From a virus (lineage: Duplodnaviria; Heunggongvirae; Uroviricota; Caudoviricetes), in IMG/VR virus record IMGVR_UViG_2695420487_000003, positions 1-10,598 of that record: a DNA stretch of 10,598 bases; one strand, written 5' to 3'. Of the stretch, positions 7,208 through 10,598 are shown piece by piece. A program made the translations under genes and the position numbers. A model generated the notes under the pieces. That model did no database searches. It worked only from the letters and a program-made list of their open reading frames with translations, and was not told where the DNA came from. Numbering within the stretch: the first letter of the stretch is position 1; the number at the start of each line of letters is the position of its first letter.

Positions 7208-7756
7208 TCAGGCTTGAATACCTTTATCGAATCCCGGTAATAAAAACTGTCCCTGTCTCTCCAGACGTTCCAGCTTTGCAAGCAATTGAGGTTTTTTCGT
7301 TCTCCCCCAGCGATTGAGCAGACGGCCTGACATGCTGGCGACATCCTTCTCTTTCATGTACTCCAGCATTACGACGTTACGTTCTGCTTCATAACTTTCG
7401 CTGTACTTACGGAGTTCTGCTGACATCCAGTTAAACGCATTGATATAGGCTTCTTTAACAGCATCGGCTTTTGCCCCGTTAAATCCCATAACCAGCATAA
7501 CGAAGCCACTAAAGTCCATGCGGTAGTAAATCTGTTTCTTGTCAAAAATACCTAAGTCATTGATTTTCTCGACGGCCCCAAAATGGGTTGTCGAGAATTC
7601 CTCAGAACATCTCAAACATTTAATAGCCCTAATCACATGCTGATGGCGTTTACCAAATGCCCTGGCAATCTGGAAGGTGTCAGTTACCGGTTGACCTTCT
7701 GCTGCGGTAACTAACTGGCGAAAGTCGAAGTCATGATTCGCAATTAATTCATTCAT
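7208..7756 (-). CDS. Rha-family phage regulatory protein (Phage_pRha domain)
   Basis: N-terminal region QPVTDTFQIARAFGKRHQHVIRAIKCLRC...FSTTHFG...YYRMDFSGFVMLVMGFNG matches the Rha domain pattern (xVTxSxxIAExFGKRHxxVLRxI). Start placed at the ATG at 7756 (MNELIANHDF...); the track ORF extends to a GTG at 7825, which is an alternative start. Composition is more AT-rich than the head genes. Confidence 0.6.
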   Translation of the reverse strand: MNELIANHDFDFRQLVTAAEGQPVTDTFQIARAFGKRHQHVIRAIKCLRCSEEFSTTHFGAVEKINDLGIFDKKQIYYRMDFSGFVMLVMGFNGAKADAVKEAYINAFNWMSAELRKYSESYEAERNVVMLEYMKEKDVASMSGRLLNRWGRTKKPQLLAKLERLERQGQFLLPGFDKGIQA

Positions 7757-7910
7757 GGCGTTGCCTGCTTCTTTGAAATGAACCTTTGCCGCACAGGAAA
7801 CCAGCCCACCGAGGCTCGCCAGCACTAACTGGTATCCTCAAAGGCCCATTCCAAAGGGTCAGGTTCGGTGTTTATTGTGCGCTGCGGTGCGCGGTGAAAT
7901 ACCGGTACAA

Positions 7911-7936
7911 AAATGCCCCGCATCTGCGAGGCATTT
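7911..7936 (-). terminator. weak hairpin plus short U-tract downstream of Rz (possible terminator or RNA-stabilising stem)
   Basis: Arms aaatgcc (7911-7917) and ggcattt (7930-7936) with inner cgca/tgcg pairing. On the minus strand the stem is followed by TTTTTGT. About 40 nt downstream of the Rz stop. Confidence 0.25.
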
Positions 7937-7974
7937 TCCTGAAAGTCACTTGTTAAATTTCAGTGAAATTAAAA

Positions 7975-8412
7975 TTATTTTAAGCACTGCGTCCTGATGT
8001 ATTCCTGCAGGTAGTTAACCTGCGCGGTTATCTTGTCGATTCCACCTCGGAGACGGTAATAATTGAGTTCAGCATCTGCTGTAAGTCCTGGGCTTTCTCC
8101 ATCGCCCATGCTGCTGGCTCCGGTCGTTGACTTTGCACAGGTGGCGGAGACTTGCAGGCGCTTACGCCCAGCAGAAACATCAGCACGGAGACTTTCGATA
8201 GTCGCATTAGCATCAGCAAGCTCCTTTGTGTATCTGGCGTCAAGTTCTGCTACATCACGTTGCCGCTTCTGCATATCAGCGATGATGGATGTGGCTTTAT
8301 CGCGCTGCTCTTTGTAGGCGATGGCGTTATCACGGTAATGATTAACAGCCCATGAAAGGCAGACGATGAGGCAGATGACCAGAACGTAGATAATCGCGGT
8401 TACTCTGCTCAT
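7975..8412 (-). CDS. Rz: i-spanin Rz
   Basis: ATG at 8412 overlaps the endolysin stop (ATGA). N-terminal transmembrane segment [20 protein letters not shown] followed by a charged, coiled-coil periplasmic domain. Position is immediately after the endolysin. The track ORF has a 4-codon GTG extension that I reject. Confidence 0.75.
   Translation of the reverse strand: MSRVTAIIYVLVICLIVCLSWAVNHYRDNAIAYKEQRDKATSIIADMQKRQRDVAELDARYTKELADANATIESLRADVSAGRKRLQVSATCAKSTTGASSMGDGESPGLTADAELNYYRLRGGIDKITAQVNYLQEYIRTQCLK
8028..8213 (-). CDS. Rz1: o-spanin Rz1 (outer-membrane lipoprotein), embedded in Rz in another frame
   Basis: ATG at 8213 with AAGGAG 8 nt upstream. [20 protein letters not shown] gives a signal peptide with a lipobox-like VSAC Cys, followed by the proline-rich [16 protein letters not shown]. 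Wholly nested inside Rz, as in lambda and phage 21. Confidence 0.65.
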   Translation of the reverse strand: MLMRLSKVSVLMFLLGVSACKSPPPVQSQRPEPAAWAMEKAQDLQQMLNSIITVSEVESTR

Positions 8413-8906
8413 TGTTGCCCCCACAAACAGACTTCACGCTCAATCTCACGGCGAGTCATCAGCCCTTTCCATTGCTTACCGCCAGCGTATGTCCAGCGCC
8501 GTAGCTGATCACATGCGCCTTTGATATCGCCCTGGTTTATTTTGCGAAGAAGCGTCGATGTTCTGAAATTGCCAGCGCCCACGTTGTAAACGAACGAGTA
8601 AAGAGCGCCGCGCGTTGTTTCCGGTATATCGACTTTGATGTACGGGTTTATTTGTCTGGCGACCGTGGCAAGGTCTTTATTCAGGAGGGCTTTGCATTCT
8701 GCTTCGGTATACGTTTTACCGGGCATGATGTCTTTTCCGGTGTGTCCATGACATACAGTCCATACGCCAACGATATCTTCGTATGGTATGTAGCTGACAC
8801 CTTCCAGGCCATCGTCACCACTCGGACCAGTGATGAGCACAGACGCTATGGCAACAGCCCCACCACCAATAGCAGCAGCAACGGCTTTTCGTAATGATGG
8901 AGGCAT
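8409..8906 (-). CDS. R: SAR endolysin (phage-21 R / lysozyme, signal-anchor-release type)
   Basis: 165 aa. N-terminal Gly/Ala-rich weakly hydrophobic SAR segment [30 protein letters not shown]. Catalytic E35-x8-D44-x5-T50 spacing in [17 protein letters not shown]. Resembles the R21 / DLP12 RrrD lysozyme family. Start overlaps the holin stop (TAATG). Confidence 0.9.
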   Translation of the reverse strand: MPPSLRKAVAAAIGGGAVAIASVLITGPSGDDGLEGVSYIPYEDIVGVWTVCHGHTGKDIMPGKTYTEAECKALLNKDLATVARQINPYIKVDIPETTRGALYSFVYNVGAGNFRTSTLLRKINQGDIKGACDQLRRWTYAGGKQWKGLMTRREIEREVCLWGQQ

Positions 8907-9112
8907 TATTCACCTCTCGCAGCCTTGCGCTTATCTTCTTTAATCTTGAAATAAAGGTTTGTCAGATACGTCAGCAGGCCAAACAGCAGACTCCCCAGCA
9001 CACCGATTGCCACCCACTGGGACGGAGAGACTTTGTCCAGCAGCTGCAGTAACCAGTATCCCGTCCCCACCGCTGACGTGGTGTATGACACACCCGTTGT
9101 GATTTTTTCCAT
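8906..9112 (-). CDS. S: class II holin (pinholin, phage-21 S-like)
   Basis: 68 aa from the ATG at 9112: [68 protein letters not shown]. Two transmembrane segments and a charged C-terminus. Paired with a SAR endolysin, which is the pinholin signature. The track's GTG-initiated 23-codon extension is rejected. Confidence 0.85.
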   Translation of the reverse strand: MEKITTGVSYTTSAVGTGYWLLQLLDKVSPSQWVAIGVLGSLLFGLLTYLTNLYFKIKEDKRKAARGE

Positions 9113-9367
9113 CTGATGTATGTCTCCGTCACCGCCGACAGAAAATGAAAGTAAAGGAAAACAAAAAGCCGCCAGTGTCACCCACTGACGGCCAACTCCG
9201 GGAGCCGTGATTATGGCATTCAGGCTCTGCTAAAAATGCCAGATAACATTCCGACCAACCCCTGATTCAGGTTATAAATGACACAATATCTTGACAACAT
9301 CCGTCACTGTCTGTCAGAAAATGTACTGCCAGATATAAGTATCATGTGAAACCCAACTATCCTTCTT

Positions 9368-9410
9368 AGCCAGTACTTCTCCGACGAAAGTCAGTACTGG
9401 CTGTTTTTTT
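9368..9410 (+). terminator. Rho-independent-terminator-like hairpin plus T7 tract, functional orientation on the plus strand
   Basis: 10-bp perfect stem agccagtact (9368-9377) / agtactggct (9393-9402), inner gac-GAAA-gtc GNRA tetraloop, followed by gttttttt (9403-9410). On the minus strand the hairpin is followed by AAGAAGG, so it is not a canonical terminator for the late operon. Confidence 0.4.
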
Positions 9411-9411
9411 A

Positions 9412-10598
9412 TTATGCTGCCGGTGCATTTATCTCCAGCACCAGACTTTCTATCTCAACGCCATACGCTGCATTTTTTGTAACATCCGTCAGCGTCAGCA
9501 CATTCAGTCCCAGTGTCAGACTGTCTTTTATAACCTGGAATGCCGGGCCAGCCACTCCATTCAGTTTCGGAGTAACCGTGGCACTGCCGGCGGTGAACAC
9601 CAGCTCCAGCGTCTGCCAGTCGTTACCGTAATCGCCGAACTCCCCCAGCTTCGTGTTTCCGGCTTTCCTGTGATGCATCAGATTCACTCTGCCGTCAGTG
9701 GTCTGAGTGAAGTACGACATCAGGAACGGATTACCGGTACCCGTCATCGCCACACCATCAGGAACGGGAGCATCCGTATACAGATAAATCCCCAGCCCGA
9801 ACTGATTGTTGGTCAGTGCGCCTGACAGGCGGAACTTACAGTTCAGTCTGCCGCCCTGTGTCAGCAGGGTAATTGCGTCATCCACCGGATGCGTCAGGGA
9901 CCAGGNNNNNNNNNGACAACTGAATTCCGCCATCCTTAATGCTCCAGCCCTGCGCAGCAGCCTCTCCGGCTGCCGGCAGCAGGGAGATTGTGCGAACGGA
10001 CGTATCTGCAGACGGACCCGATGGCGTGTTGCCGCCGGGCGAGGGTTTGATTTCCGGTGCCTTACCACTGATGAAGGCTGAGGTGCGCCCGGCTGCGTTC
10101 AGAATAGCGGTTGCCAGACGATCCGGAATAATGCTCCTGCGCGCCCATGAACTGAAATGTGTCGGGCGGTTTGATGATACCTGGTTTCCATTCGTTCTCG
10201 ATGCCGCACCGTAATATCCTGATGCCGGAATATCCGGATCTTCTGCCGGCGCGTTAGTGGCGGTATTGACGCCGTTACCGTCTGTCATGAAGGGCACAAA
10301 ATAAACGCCCTCACTCTCCCTGTTTTTATACCCGCCGTACACGGTGTCGTACTGGGTAGCGTATGTATTTTTCCAGTAATACGTCGTGTCACCACAAATC
10401 CACGGCACATTTACAGCACTGCCACCATGACACTGCGCGTTAAACACAGTGAGGTCAGCACGAAACTGCTTCAGCATGGCTGTAAACAGCGCAGGTTGCT
10501 GTGCGTAGGTGGCGGCGCTCATGTCAAACTCTCCCTGCATCCAGCACACCGCCAGCAACACATTTTTCGGGTTCTTCTGTAATGCAGCTTTAGTGCGC
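9412..10598 (-). CDS. large esterase-like late-region protein, probably NanS-p-type sialate O-acetylesterase; partial (N-terminus beyond right edge) and broken by an assembly gap
   Basis: Track ORFs 9878..10561 and 9412..10068 are one gene whose frame changes across the N-run at 9906-9914. The upstream frame remains open to 10598 (RTKAALQKNPKNVLLAVCWMQGEFD...). Stop TAA at 9412-9414. Sits immediately upstream of holin S, where lambdoid/Stx prophages carry the nanS-p (yjhS-like) gene. Family call is from context and memory, not a search. Confidence 0.5.
9906..9914. other. run of 9 N (assembly or scaffold gap)
   Basis: Literal nnnnnnnnn in the sequence; the reading frame of the enclosing gene differs on the two sides, so the true gap length is probably not 9. 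Confidence 0.95.

Noticed and set aside
7117-7344. 75-aa minus-strand ORF overlapping the Rha C-terminus
   Set aside because: Alternative frame of the Rha gene, Cys/Arg-rich with no start context.
7757-7825. GTG-initiated 23-codon N-terminal extension of the Rha ORF
   Set aside because: The ATG at 7756 gives an N-terminus closer to the conserved start of Rha-domain proteins. The GTG start cannot be excluded, so confidence on the Rha start is moderate.
8063-8355. Plus-strand ORFs 8063..8317 and 8152..8355 antisense to Rz/Rz1
   Set aside because: They overlap the spanin genes on the opposite strand with no RBS or domain. This is the position of bor in lambda, but neither translation has a lipoprotein signal peptide, so I do not call bor.
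8652-8894. Plus-strand 80-aa ORF antisense to the endolysin
   Set aside because: Shadow frame within a very confidently assigned lysozyme gene.
9113-9181. GTG-initiated extension of the holin ORF ([23 protein letters not shown])
   Set aside because: A pinholin of this family is about 68-71 aa starting at MEK/MDK. The extension would add a third hydrophobic segment not expected for class II holins and depends on a GTG codon without an RBS.
9915-10068. N-terminal part of track ORF 9412..10068 (MVRHRKSNPRPAATRHRVRLQIRPFAQSPCCRQPERLLRRAGALRMAEFSC)
   Set aside because: Upstream of the N-run the true coding frame is that of ORF 9878..10561; this Arg/Pro-rich segment is an out-of-frame artefact created by the gap.
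9806-10214. Plus-strand ORFs 9806..10081 and 9939..10214 antisense to the esterase gene
   Set aside because: Antisense shadow frames; one spans the N-run.

Overview
This window reads as the late region of a lambdoid prophage from an enterobacterial host (E. coli/Shigella-like), with an HK97-type cos packaging and head module. Almost all genes are on the minus strand. In transcription order (high to low coordinates): a partial large esterase-like gene (NanS-p-like, split by a 9-N assembly gap), a phage-21-type lysis cassette (pinholin S, SAR endolysin R, Rz with embedded Rz1), a Rha-family regulator, a convergent plus-strand DUF3950/YlcI-like small gene, an HNH endonuclease, a roughly 290-bp repeat-rich non-coding interval that is the best candidate for cos, terminase small and large subunits, a fused prohead protease/major capsid ORF, an HK97-type portal, and the start of a further gene running off the left edge. 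I see no rRNA, tRNA, CRISPR array or transposase. I do not see a clearly novel multi-gene system such as a defence island. The least explained elements are the GTTAACAT repeat/palindrome array next to terS, a plus-strand terminator-like hairpin facing against the late operon between the esterase gene and S, the Rha/YlcI insertion, and the TerL, protease-capsid, portal gene order. All family assignments rest on motif recognition from the translations and on gene context; no database search was run.
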